Program-made: the position numbers and the translations under genes
In this document: piece after piece, positions 29,942 through 38,955 of the stretch
Layout: every line of letters begins with the position of its first letter
Position numbering within the stretch: position 1 is the stretch's first letter
The notes under the pieces: generated by a model
Database searches by the model: none
Seen by the model: only the letters and a program-made list of their open reading frames with translations
Told to the model about the DNA's origin: nothing
From: a virus
Reading direction: 5' to 3' (one strand)
DNA: 64,000 nt
IMG/VR virus record: IMGVR_UViG_3300036985_003583
Span: 6,868 to 70,867 of that record

Positions 29942-30445
29942 TTAATTGCGTAATTTTTCACTAATTTTATTTGCCAGTTCAGTAAACTTAGAATTCCGTA
30001 GCTTCATATTTACGTGAGTTTCCAAGAAACTTGCCAATTCTATTGCGGTACGGGCTTCTGCTAATAGCTGCCTATATTCTTTCTCTCTCTCACAGGCTTC
30101 TAGTAGTTGTTTTGTCTGACGATTATCTCTGTCAATAAAGTTTTCGACTTCCCAATCCATCATTACTATTGGAAAGCTTACTGTTATAGTTTTTTCTTCT
30201 TTGCCAGATATGCGCGACTTAATAACTCCTTTGTCATATAAATCATTAAATAATCCTTGTGCTGTATCCATCTCTACCATTGTCACATATTGAACATAAT
30301 CTTCTACATTTAGTGATAACAATACTTCTTCTGATATAATTCTCGTCGCGTGATAGACTTTAGTTTTCTTGCCGATGTTGCAAAACTTTTCTTCGTCTTC
30401 TGTCATGCGAGGAGTTGGTTTAAGCAATGTAACTTCATTACACAT
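29942..30445 (-). CDS. Hypothetical protein
   Basis: 167-aa ORF, AGGAG RBS. Confidence 0.65.
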   Translation of the reverse strand: MCNEVTLLKPTPRMTEDEEKFCNIGKKTKVYHATRIISEEVLLSLNVEDYVQYVTMVEMDTAQGLFNDLYDKGVIKSRISGKEEKTITVSFPIVMMDWEVENFIDRDNRQTKQLLEACEREKEYRQLLAEARTAIELASFLETHVNMKLRNSKFTELANKISEKLRN

Positions 30446-30466
30446 AACTATTCTCCTATTAATTTG

Positions 30467-30754
30467 TTAGTTCCCGTTCCCGTACCCGTCCCCGTCCCCG
30501 CACCCGTTCCCGTACCCGTCCCCGTCCCCGTCCCCGTACCCGTTCCCGTTCCCGTACCCGCACCCGTTCCCGCACCCGTTCCCGCACCCGTTCCCGTCCC
30601 CGTCCCCGTACCCGTCCCCGTACCCGTCCCCGTACCCGTTCCCGTTCCCGTACCCGTACCCGTTCCCGTTCCCGTCCCCGTTCCCGTCCCCGTACCCGTT
30701 CCTGTCCCCGAATATTAAAGAATCAAAATTTTCTCTTATATTTTGGTTTCCCAT
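30467..30754 (-). CDS. Gly-X dipeptide repeat protein (G[DNYC])n
   Basis: Same strand as the operon and overlaps the upstream gene; such GYGDG-repeat ORFs commonly follow this upstream family in phages. Confidence 0.55.
   Translation of the reverse strand: MGNQNIRENFDSLIFGDRNGYGDGNGDGNGNGYGYGNGNGYGDGYGDGYGDGDGNGCGNGCGNGCGYGNGNGYGDGDGDGYGNGCGDGDGYGNGN
30471..30710 (-). repeat. Hexamer tandem repeat GGG-(AAC/TAC/GAC/TGC), about 39 units
   Basis: Directly visible. Confidence 0.95.
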
Positions 30755-31104
30755 TTCAATTCCTCGCAGTCAATTTGAGCTACAATTGCGTCTAGTGGAA
30801 TTCTAGTTGTTCCACACGGATCTAGTTTTGTTTTGGTTGTAGGCCCACTTATTAACTCTCCCAGTCCTTTTTCTGTTCCCCATACTCTTATTGTGTGACA
30901 TCTAACTATAACAAGTTTATTTGTTTCTTTATCTTCGTAAGTATACCCTACGAATATCCATCCTCTAAGAGCGATGACTATTTGTACTTTAGATGCAATT
31001 TTTGGGGTTGCACTTTTCTCTCCAAATTCGACTGCTGACTCTAATGCAACTTGTAAAGTAACTCTTCCCTCAAAAACATCTTTAATTACTGTTTTAACAT
31101 CCAT
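30736..31104 (-). CDS. Conserved phage protein (DUF6948-like)
   Basis: IVIALRGWIFVG...IRVWGTEKGLGEL..GPT..TKLDPCG. Confidence 0.65.
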   Translation of the reverse strand: MDVKTVIKDVFEGRVTLQVALESAVEFGEKSATPKIASKVQIVIALRGWIFVGYTYEDKETNKLVIVRCHTIRVWGTEKGLGELISGPTTKTKLDPCGTTRIPLDAIVAQIDCEELKWETKI

Positions 31105-31114
31105 AAAATTCCCC

Positions 31115-32113
31115 TTAAAATAATAAGTCTAAACTATCTGTCGCTACCGCTGGCAAAGTTCTGTCTGTACTGTTCTTGTTAGTGTAGGTCTTCGCCAATT
31201 CTTTTGCTTCGGTAGCTGTGTGTCCTGCGTGACAATGGCTAAAGTATTCACATAATTTATTGTAGTTTACACAGCTTCCCCTGTTGCATTCTGTCTTCTC
31301 AATATCCATTATCTCTTTCATTCCATCAGAGACTGCTTTGAGGCGTAGTAGTTTGTCCATCTCAGCTTGGGGCTGGAGAAGCTCTTTTGGAATATCTACT
31401 TCTGTGCAGATAACACCCACTCTGGCTGCATACGCTGCCAGCGACTCATTCACCTTAACTGCAATTCTAGTCTTGGACACCGCTGAGTACACGGCTCCTG
31501 CAAAGTCTTCTTTGCGCAGTTTGAGCTTCGCCGCTATCTGCGGAACAAAAAAGCTATACAGATTAAGCTGTGGATCTTGAGCAAGTCTAGCAATAGTGTC
31601 AGCTAGTGGCATTCCCGAAGTTTTAAGATCCGCAATCCACCAACGTCCGTTCTTATCCATCAAGATAAAGTCAACGTAGCCGACGAAGTTAGTATCGCCG
31701 ACTTCAACTTCACAAGCTATGCAAATAAGCCCGCTACCCTCACGGAGAGTAAAGTAAGCCAGCACATAAGCATTGATTCTATGTATTTCCTCTGGTTCTA
31801 GGTCACATTCTTTCACTATCTTAGCCAGCTCCTGCACCGAGTAATCCCGTCTCTGGTGTCGAGAAGTCTCCAGCATATAGTGATACACTTTACCTACGAC
31901 TAACGCTTTGTAGTCTTCGGTAACGTCAGGATCCTTTGGCAAGTTAAGCACATACTTAAGGTAATACTTTCTCTGACATGCTTGCAATGTACCGCTAGCA
32001 GAGTAACTAAAGCGCCTTGGCCCCACATAGTCGCTAACTGGTCTGCCTAGGTTTATCGTAGAGCTTACTGACGCCATTACATGTTCAGCTGGTTTTATTT
32101 CTTCAAAGCCCAT
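31115..32113 (-). CDS. PD-(D/E)XK exonuclease (RecB/Cas4-like)
   Basis: SYS...CQRKYYLKY, GKVYH, E..GYVD...IADLKTS, QLNLY, C-terminal C..C..C..C. Confidence 0.85.
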   Translation of the reverse strand: MGFEEIKPAEHVMASVSSTINLGRPVSDYVGPRRFSYSASGTLQACQRKYYLKYVLNLPKDPDVTEDYKALVVGKVYHYMLETSRHQRRDYSVQELAKIVKECDLEPEEIHRINAYVLAYFTLREGSGLICIACEVEVGDTNFVGYVDFILMDKNGRWWIADLKTSGMPLADTIARLAQDPQLNLYSFFVPQIAAKLKLRKEDFAGAVYSAVSKTRIAVKVNESLAAYAARVGVICTEVDIPKELLQPQAEMDKLLRLKAVSDGMKEIMDIEKTECNRGSCVNYNKLCEYFSHCHAGHTATEAKELAKTYTNKNSTDRTLPAVATDSLDLLF

Positions 32114-32194
32114 ATTTTTTCTTCCTTACAAACCTTTAGCCATTAACAATTCAACAAGGTTAAATTTTATTGACTAAAGGTGTGTTGAACGTTG

Positions 32195-32605
32195 TTAAAT
32201 TAAGTCGTCTAAACTATCTGCTGGGACATCTGCGTCTGTCGGAGCTGGAACGTCGGGGGCTATGGAAACCCCTGCGCCGTCACGCTTCCCGCACTTGCTA
32301 CGATCAATCTCAACCTTAAAGTCCCCACAAGGCTTTCCTGCCATTGGGCCTTTAGTCAGCGTAACCTTTCCAAGGTAGGTAACTCGAATGAAGTCTTCCA
32401 ACTTTAAATTCTCATCCATACGCTTGTTTAGAATCGCTGCGGAATTGAGTACATGAGTCTCGCCATCCTCAGTAACGATGTCATAGAATGCACCATAATG
32501 GTTCTTATCTTTTCTTACGTACCAACCAGTAACAATAACGGTATTTGGTTCCATTGTTGCGTACTTGTGATAGTGCCTAGTTCCGCCAATTTCTTGAAAC
32601 GTCAT
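32195..32605 (-). CDS. Probable phage single-stranded DNA-binding protein
   Basis: OB-fold-like (IRVTYLGK...DFKVE) with an acidic C-terminal tail; lies between polymerase and nuclease; ATG at 32605. Confidence 0.6.
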   Translation of the reverse strand: MTFQEIGGTRHYHKYATMEPNTVIVTGWYVRKDKNHYGAFYDIVTEDGETHVLNSAAILNKRMDENLKLEDFIRVTYLGKVTLTKGPMAGKPCGDFKVEIDRSKCGKRDGAGVSIAPDVPAPTDADVPADSLDDLI

Positions 32606-32708
32606 AACATACCCTTCTGCCTGTAATAGGCACGAATAACGGGAAAATATCCTCTCACCGTGAGAGGTGTCACCGCCGAAGTTCGAACCTTCGGCAGAGA
32701 CAGAGGGA

Positions 32709-32737
32709 ACCTTATCCCTCTGTGGGGGGAGTGTCAA
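32709..32737 (-). promoter_or_regulatory. Sigma70-type promoter for the ssb/nuclease genes
   Basis: TTGACA-17 nt-TAAGGT, with the -10 box in the loop of a 9-bp inverted repeat. Confidence 0.65.
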
Positions 32738-32740
32738 GGA

Positions 32741-34879
32741 CTAAAGCAACAAATCTAACTCTTCCTCGAGGTACGGAGGACGCCACTCAGGCATCACATA
32801 CTTAGAGTAGTTGAGCCACTCTTTTAACCCACGTTTGTCTATGTGATACTCGGATATCTCAACCTCATTACCCTTCGGAGTCGTCAACTTCTCCGTGTCG
32901 CACTTGCCATCTCGGCTGATCTTTGTCGGCGGCAGGCCGTAGCCCCAGGCTTTGATGTCTCCTCGGATCCCGCTGTTGGGGAAGTAGAAGTCGAAAGCTT
33001 CAACCATCTTATCCTTGAGCATATCAGCGCAGTGTCCAAGCATGTCAAAGTCAGCCTGGATATACACACAATCGTGTAATGTCATAACTACGCTTAAACC
33101 TGCATCCTGACACAAAGCCACTGCCTTCCGCATAATGCTCGCCCCAGCCCCCTGAATAGGGAAATTAACTACAGACTTTACGTTCGGATTCTGACCGAAC
33201 ATTCGCCACCCGCAGGGGACGATGATCGGGTCTCCGTCTGACCTGTAGCTGCGTTGAAGACCTTGCTGCCACTGGGAGAAATTAGGGTAGGCTTTTTTGA
33301 ATAGGTCAGATAGTTTTTGAGCTTCCTCTTGAGTGACTATTAACCCGTATTTTTTACCGTCGTCAGTAAGCTTCTTAGCCAATCCTTTAGCTCCCATGAG
33401 ATAGCTCAATCCCAATACGAGGGACTTGCTTTCGTCGCGTTCCCTTGCGTATTTTTTCTTATATTCCTTATACTCTTTTGTTCCGGGAGCAGGTATCTTT
33501 TCCTTTATCTTTCCGCTGTCGTAGGCAAATCCGAGGTAAACATCTCCGGAAGCATAGGCGGCTTTCATCTTGTCATCTTTTGACACCAATGCAGAGATGA
33601 GGAATTCTTGGCTGCTATAGTCGCAAGCTATGATAACTTTTCCCTTCGGGGGTTGTACCAATATCCTGATCCACGCTGACTTCAGGAATATGTAGCTGGT
33701 GGCGCTTGGTTGGCTCCGGCTAGACTGGCTCCCGTATATGCCAAAATATGGCCGTATACGGCTATCCGAACCCAGAAAGTCGAACAGTTTTTTGCCTGTA
33801 GACTTCACCGGATCCTTGAAGCCTCGAATACTGGACTCCAGTTTTTTCCACCGCAGCAGTTGATCTAGAAGGGAGTCGCTAGGGTTGTCGTCGTTAGCTC
33901 CTTGCTCTTCCAGAGCGTCGGCAGAGAGGCTTATCGCCCCCCCGTCAGTCTTTGCCCATCGAGAAGTGTCTAGATTATCTCTGACCCATTCCTGGACAAC
34001 TTTTTCCCGCATGTGCCATCCGGTCTTGTCCTTATGAAACATCTCTATTCCCAAGGGCTTTAGCTTCTCATTTATATCTTTACGGCATACAACTTGAATA
34101 TCCCCAATGTTGTTAATGAATGTTTTTGTAGCTTCTACGTTTATCGGATAGCCCAGCGTAGTCATTACTGCAGACCTGGCCGCGTACTCGCCGCGTAAAT
34201 GAACCTCTTTAGCAAAGTCTTTGGGGGAGCATTGGGGGCGTAGCCATTTGAATATAGCTAACATCAAAGCCGGAAGGTGTGCTACATCTTCAGCGCAATA
34301 TGACATAATCCTATTGCGCTGGGAGATGATCTCTGCCCCATTGTTTGATATTATCAATTTCCTTACATCTTCTTTTTCAAAGGTATCTATATGTATTCCC
34401 AGCATTCGGTAAGTAGCTGCGGCGAGGTTATGTTCTATTTTCCCGGTCTCACCGGCTTCTTTATTTATCTTTAAGGCGTCCCCGTAATAATATAGGCCGT
34501 TGTCTTTCATGGTGTCACAGGTATTGGCTAGGAATCTAACTCCGCTTTTCATCAGATGTTTACCGTAGCTAAGTTCAGAATGATTAGTTATTAGCCAGTA
34601 TTCTAGGTACAGATCTACCCATTTAAACTCTATAGGGTTCAGCCCTAATGAGAGGAAGCTTCTCGCTTCCGCTTCCGCAGCGAAGGAGATAAAGGTTGAG
34701 TCGTCTTTGTGTAACAAAAGAAACTTCTTTAGTTCCTCTTTACCCTCTGGAGAATTGTAGAGCCAGAAGTTTTTGTTAGTAATTACGTCCTCGTCTTTAC
34801 AGCGTAGGGAGCAACATACTAAATTTAGCATAGCTTCTTGGGTTGAGTTATATTCAAAATCGATCCATATATGCATCAA
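32741..34879 (-). CDS. polA: Family A DNA polymerase with 3'-5' exonuclease domain
   Basis: ExoI WIDFE, ExoIII YCAEDV; motif A DYSSQE, motif B RDESKSLVLGLSY (Leu at the 762-equivalent position), NFPIQGAGA, motif C LHD. Confidence 0.92.
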   Translation of the reverse strand: MMHIWIDFEYNSTQEAMLNLVCCSLRCKDEDVITNKNFWLYNSPEGKEELKKFLLLHKDDSTFISFAAEAEARSFLSLGLNPIEFKWVDLYLEYWLITNHSELSYGKHLMKSGVRFLANTCDTMKDNGLYYYGDALKINKEAGETGKIEHNLAAATYRMLGIHIDTFEKEDVRKLIISNNGAEIISQRNRIMSYCAEDVAHLPALMLAIFKWLRPQCSPKDFAKEVHLRGEYAARSAVMTTLGYPINVEATKTFINNIGDIQVVCRKDINEKLKPLGIEMFHKDKTGWHMREKVVQEWVRDNLDTSRWAKTDGGAISLSADALEEQGANDDNPSDSLLDQLLRWKKLESSIRGFKDPVKSTGKKLFDFLGSDSRIRPYFGIYGSQSSRSQPSATSYIFLKSAWIRILVQPPKGKVIIACDYSSQEFLISALVSKDDKMKAAYASGDVYLGFAYDSGKIKEKIPAPGTKEYKEYKKKYARERDESKSLVLGLSYLMGAKGLAKKLTDDGKKYGLIVTQEEAQKLSDLFKKAYPNFSQWQQGLQRSYRSDGDPIIVPCGWRMFGQNPNVKSVVNFPIQGAGASIMRKAVALCQDAGLSVVMTLHDCVYIQADFDMLGHCADMLKDKMVEAFDFYFPNSGIRGDIKAWGYGLPPTKISRDGKCDTEKLTTPKGNEVEISEYHIDKRGLKEWLNYSKYVMPEWRPPYLEEELDLLL

Positions 34880-35301
34880 ACCCCCCGCCTCTCGGTTTCA
34901 GTATATAGCAAACCCGCACCTTTGGGGGAAATGTTGAAGTAGTAGTTTAGCACCTCTACTCTTTCATACCTGTCACATATTTGGGGGGTTGCCTCAAAGT
35001 TTTCCTCTATCATAGCTATTATCAGAGCACTGTTGCTGACGTAATAATCAGGGTGTTTTAAAACCTTTCTCCGATATTCTTCAAATAGATGTTTTAATGT
35101 ATAGGAAGAGAGTTCTTTATAGGGGGAAAGTCTTCTCCCTTTTCCGTGAAAGAACTTCTGTATTATCTCCCTAGAAGCCGTTATTTGGGAGGCTAGTTCC
35201 TTCCGCATAGGGTTTCCTTCGTTAAAGTCTCCACAATATCTTTTTAGCTCCCTATCACAGATGTCTTGATCGGTAACCCATATTTTTTCTAGGTGGCTCA
35301 T
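34876..35301 (-). CDS. Conserved small protein (SYxLKH...YVSN motif)
   Basis: SSYTLKHLFE...YYVSNSALIIAM; coupled between the helicase and polymerase genes. Confidence 0.65.
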   Translation of the reverse strand: MSHLEKIWVTDQDICDRELKRYCGDFNEGNPMRKELASQITASREIIQKFFHGKGRRLSPYKELSSYTLKHLFEEYRRKVLKHPDYYVSNSALIIAMIEENFEATPQICDRYERVEVLNYYFNISPKGAGLLYTETERRGV

Positions 35302-35302
35302 T

Positions 35303-36871
35303 CTATATACCTCCGCAAACGTCTGTAGTTATGGCTAAGTTTGTATAATACCTATCTTCTATCCCTTGAGAATCTGCCCTCATTACGGTTTCCGATCCGT
35401 ATATTTTCTTCAGGTAATTATTAAAGTTTTCTTCCACTTTCTCTGCTTGCCCGGCATACTTTACTTTCCTACATAGCTTATCCAGCCCTGTCTGCAGCTC
35501 CGAGCAAAGGGTGAAAGCCCCTTCTTTTTTCGCATAGTCTGCTGTCATTTTCTTAAAGTGAAAGTAGGAGGAATCGTAGTTTTCGGTAAAGTCTACCCCC
35601 CCTATGAATATATGTCCGTTATGGCTAAGCCTCTCATATATTTCTTTACCCCTATGGAGGGCATGCCAAACTTCCTTACACAGTTTTCTCTCCCAGCCCT
35701 CATCCCTACCGCCGGTTTCGTCTATGTTTCCCTTACGGCTTTTCATCTTAAAAGGGAGGAGCCGCGTCATTTGATTGTCAGTATAGTCTATCTTTAGCGG
35801 GTTGTTAGACATTATCATTACAGTAGCTTTTGGCCTGAAGTATTGAGCGTCTTTGTACTTTTGTTCGGAGGTTATTAAGTCTTCTCCGGTTATGTTGTGG
35901 AGGGTTTCACTGCTAAGTATCCTTGGAGCTTTGCAGTCACCGACGACTAGGAATCTTTTACCTAGGATGTTGTGTCCAAGATACTTATCATCGTTTAAGG
36001 ATCTGGCAGATAAAGAGGCACAGGTCTTCTCCCCTAACGCCGATTGCATTGCCTTTAGTATGGAACTCTTTCCCGTATTTGCGCCGCCTACGATGCTGCA
36101 AACCTGCCTTCCTGAGTGCTTTGCGTACACGACCCCGTAAAGGAAGGCCAGGAGGTGTTCGGGATGGTTTACTCTCGATAGTAGCTCATCCCAAGTAGGC
36201 GTCGGCCCTTCTTTCAGAAGTGACAAATCAAAGTAACATAGTGAAACTTCTGTCGGATCGTTGGTAACTCCGATAGGAGGGGTAGCCAGCGTATTTATCT
36301 GGAGATTGCTTATGCAGTCAAGAACCCTAGCGAGGAATACCGAATCCCCAGCTCTGAGTACAGAGTCTTTTCTATTTGCAGCGTAGTCTATAAGTTTAAG
36401 ATATTTATCTCGGTATCTTTTATATTCCTTAGCTATCTTCCCGTGTAGAAACGAGATGGATAGAGCTGAGTCAACCTTTTCGCCGGAGCCGTTTAGCATT
36501 GCCACTTCGTAGCAGTCGGACCTTAGCCTTACATAGTGGATAATAACTCCCTCAGCAGGGGAGTGATGGAAGATATATTCCCTAGCAAAGGCGGCTGCAG
36601 TTTCTTCCGCCTCTTCCAAGTCTTCGGGGGTTACTTCCCTTCGGAGTTTCTCCGCTTCCCGCTTTTCCTCCTTTTGTCTTCTTTCCTTATGCTTAGCCTT
36701 ATTGACGGAGATAGTCTTTATTGCCTGTAACTGTTTGATAGTAGCCAGTCCAGATATAGGGGAGCACTCTTCGGGAGAAAGTTTCTCACGGATAGCTGCT
36801 TCACATACGTTTAACGGAAGATTCAGTGCTAAATAATCGTTGACAGTAAAACACGGTTCGGTTAAGGTCAT
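35303..36871 (-). CDS. SF3 (D5/P4-type) replicative helicase
   Basis: TPTWDELL, Walker A GGANTGKS, Walker B FLVVGD, ITGED...EQKYKD, motif C IMSNN, arginine finger MTRLL. Confidence 0.85.
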   Translation of the reverse strand: MTLTEPCFTVNDYLALNLPLNVCEAAIREKLSPEECSPISGLATIKQLQAIKTISVNKAKHKERRQKEEKREAEKLRREVTPEDLEEAEETAAAFAREYIFHHSPAEGVIIHYVRLRSDCYEVAMLNGSGEKVDSALSISFLHGKIAKEYKRYRDKYLKLIDYAANRKDSVLRAGDSVFLARVLDCISNLQINTLATPPIGVTNDPTEVSLCYFDLSLLKEGPTPTWDELLSRVNHPEHLLAFLYGVVYAKHSGRQVCSIVGGANTGKSSILKAMQSALGEKTCASLSARSLNDDKYLGHNILGKRFLVVGDCKAPRILSSETLHNITGEDLITSEQKYKDAQYFRPKATVMIMSNNPLKIDYTDNQMTRLLPFKMKSRKGNIDETGGRDEGWERKLCKEVWHALHRGKEIYERLSHNGHIFIGGVDFTENYDSSYFHFKKMTADYAKKEGAFTLCSELQTGLDKLCRKVKYAGQAEKVEENFNNYLKKIYGSETVMRADSQGIEDRYYTNLAITTDVCGGI

Positions 36872-37262
36872 AAAGGTTCCTTTCAGAGGGATCACTAAGT
36901 CTAACCAACTTAGCCTATTCGATTGTTGTCACCGGTCACCACGACCGGTGTCTTGTACCCCAAAAGTACAGGAGCCGACACAGAAGGTCAAGCCGGTTTT
37001 AGCCCGTAAAATTCGGGAGAATGAGTCCAGCGTTTCTCTTTCTCAATCGTTCCAGCACGTTACAGACGAAAAAACGTGTTGCGAAAATCCTACAAAAAAA
37101 AGTGAGCTGAAAAAAATGGAGAGGGAGAGTTTTTGAGAAAGAAGTATGTAAATCCGTATTTACTGGGGTGTTCAGTTTTGGGACACCTATGTGCAGCAAT
37201 GACGCATACAACTATAGCGTCAAAAAACAAGGTTTCACTAGTTGGAAAAAGGCAAAATTAAT

Positions 37263-37805
37263 TCAGGGTTTTGGCAAAAGGCCATTCTTCCACATCCAGA
37301 AGAAGGCTATAAGGGCGGCGTCGATGCTTCCTTCGGTAGCTTTGGTCTTGCTTCTGCCATCAGGGCCGGCTGGCCACATCCTGCCATAGCATTCCCTAGA
37401 CTTGTCTTTAGGCTTTACATTGATAGGATCACGGCAGAACCTTTTCCAGACAGCCGAAGTCCACGTAATCGGCAGTAGTAGCTCGACCTTGGTATCAGGG
37501 TAAGCAAGCTTTACTGTAGCCAATAGTATTCCCCAGTTAGTATGCGCTGTAGCGATAGCTACCAAGCCCAAGCCGGGCAAGGCGAGAGGTACTTCTAAAA
37601 CGATGATTTCCGGCTTGTAGGGCATCGCTTGTAGTGCTTGGGTAATCAAGGTAGCAGAAAGCAAGTTGAGGGGTTTGTCGGAGTTTATTTTAGCCATAGA
37701 GACCTTGCACTTGGAAAGCTCAAAGGCGTGGATCGGATTCCCCTTGTACAGGAGAACCCCGGCGCCCCGTAAGCCTGGATCAAGGCCGAGTACGTACTCA
37801 GTCAT
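37263..37805 (-). CDS. RuvC-like Holliday junction resolvase
   Basis: VLGLDPGLRG, IVLE, P.TW, IDAALIA. Confidence 0.8.
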   Translation of the reverse strand: MTEYVLGLDPGLRGAGVLLYKGNPIHAFELSKCKVSMAKINSDKPLNLLSATLITQALQAMPYKPEIIVLEVPLALPGLGLVAIATAHTNWGILLATVKLAYPDTKVELLLPITWTSAVWKRFCRDPINVKPKDKSRECYGRMWPAGPDGRSKTKATEGSIDAALIAFFWMWKNGLLPKP

Positions 37806-37974
37806 TAGAAGGTAACCGAGTGTCGATCTCGCCGAAGAGGCAAACCTCTACCGCCCGCAGTCTCTCAGATATAGCTAGAAGGGTATTTACAGCGTCGTCA
37901 TGGCGTCCTTCTGCTATTAGCTTTGTAACCTCTACTAGCTTGCCAGCTAGGGCTGTAGCGCGTACTGAATTCAT
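37798..37974 (-). CDS. Hypothetical 58-aa protein (not in the ORF track)
   Basis: MNSVRATALAGKL...RLPSND; fills the gap and overlaps both neighbours; AAGGAG RBS. Confidence 0.6.
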   Translation of the reverse strand: MNSVRATALAGKLVEVTKLIAEGRHDDAVNTLLAISERLRAVEVCLFGEIDTRLPSND

Positions 37975-38183
37975 TCTTGTATCTCCTTATTAAAGAATGG
38001 AATTTGCTCACTGCAAGCTTCCATCACGTTGTCATCCTCCGGTAGCTCAAAGCTGGCTGACTGTGAGTAGCACACCGTCATCTGGTCGATGCATAGTTTG
38101 AAGTCAGCTTCCGTATTCGGCATGCACAGCTGGTAGAAGCTGAGGAAGATCTGTATTGCTGTAGGTATCATTTCTGCAGTCAT
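37971..38183 (-). CDS. Hypothetical small Cys-containing protein
   Basis: ATGA-coupled on both sides. Confidence 0.6.
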   Translation of the reverse strand: MTAEMIPTAIQIFLSFYQLCMPNTEADFKLCIDQMTVCYSQSASFELPEDDNVMEACSEQIPFFNKEIQE

Positions 38184-38503
38184 TGCTTACCGCCTAAACT
38201 AGCTGCCAGCGCCGCCAAGGCATCGCGGTGCTTCTTCTGTGTCGGGATCACTCCCCGCATTATCCAGTTGCGGCAGGTTGGCAAGCTTAGCTTTCCACAA
38301 CGCCCTTCCATCTGCAATAGTTCCCGCTCAACACCCTCTGCAATATCGTTTATCGACAAGCCACGCTCTTTCAGTAGCCTAACTGCAGCCAAGGCAGGGG
38401 CTCGATCCATTAAAGCCTCTCGGAGCTTCTTCGGGTATTTCCTAGGGTCTGAGTAAAGGCCGTCCAAGCCGTCGGGATTCGGAGTCTTGATAACTTCGTT
38501 CAT
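38180..38503 (-). CDS. Putative HTH DNA-binding protein
   Basis: LKERGLSINDIA...LSLPTCRNWIMRGVIP resembles a Cro-type HTH. Confidence 0.5.
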   Translation of the reverse strand: MNEVIKTPNPDGLDGLYSDPRKYPKKLREALMDRAPALAAVRLLKERGLSINDIAEGVERELLQMEGRCGKLSLPTCRNWIMRGVIPTQKKHRDALAALAASLGGKQ

Positions 38504-38934
38504 ACGGACCTACTTCTGATCAGGGTTCGAGGCTGGCCCATTTGATCCATGGCCTTCACCACCGTTTGTGGGGGCAAGGGCATCGCTAGCTTAGCCTTGG
38601 CATCATCTAGCCACTCTGTCAGCTGCTTGATCTGCTCTTGGTTCTTAACTAGCGTTTCCTGTGCCAGCTTCAGATCAGCTTTGTAGTCTTCAATTACCAT
38701 CTGGAGCTGCTTGACAAACTGCTCCTTCTTAGTAATCAGCCCCTCAGCTATCGCTAGCTTCTCTTTACAAGCAATAAATTGCTCGGTATAGGTAAGCAGG
38801 TGGTTGCTATCCTTAGTGGGTTGTTCACTCGTGACGCACTTATCCGTTATGCCTAAGTCAGTAGCCACTTTCTCAGCTTGAACTGCATTCGTTATCGCTG
38901 CGACTAACGCCGCCGGTCTTTTCTTCGTTGCCAT
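38500..38934 (-). CDS. Hypothetical coiled-coil protein
   Basis: GGAG RBS, heptad-like middle section. Confidence 0.65.
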   Translation of the reverse strand: MATKKRPAALVAAITNAVQAEKVATDLGITDKCVTSEQPTKDSNHLLTYTEQFIACKEKLAIAEGLITKKEQFVKQLQMVIEDYKADLKLAQETLVKNQEQIKQLTEWLDDAKAKLAMPLPPQTVVKAMDQMGQPRTLIRSRSV

Positions 38935-38955
38935 TATATATCTCCGTTTCCTTTG

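Noticed and set aside
30350-30718. + strand (PV)n ORF
   Set aside because: Antisense shadow of the hexamer repeat, opposite to the operon direction.
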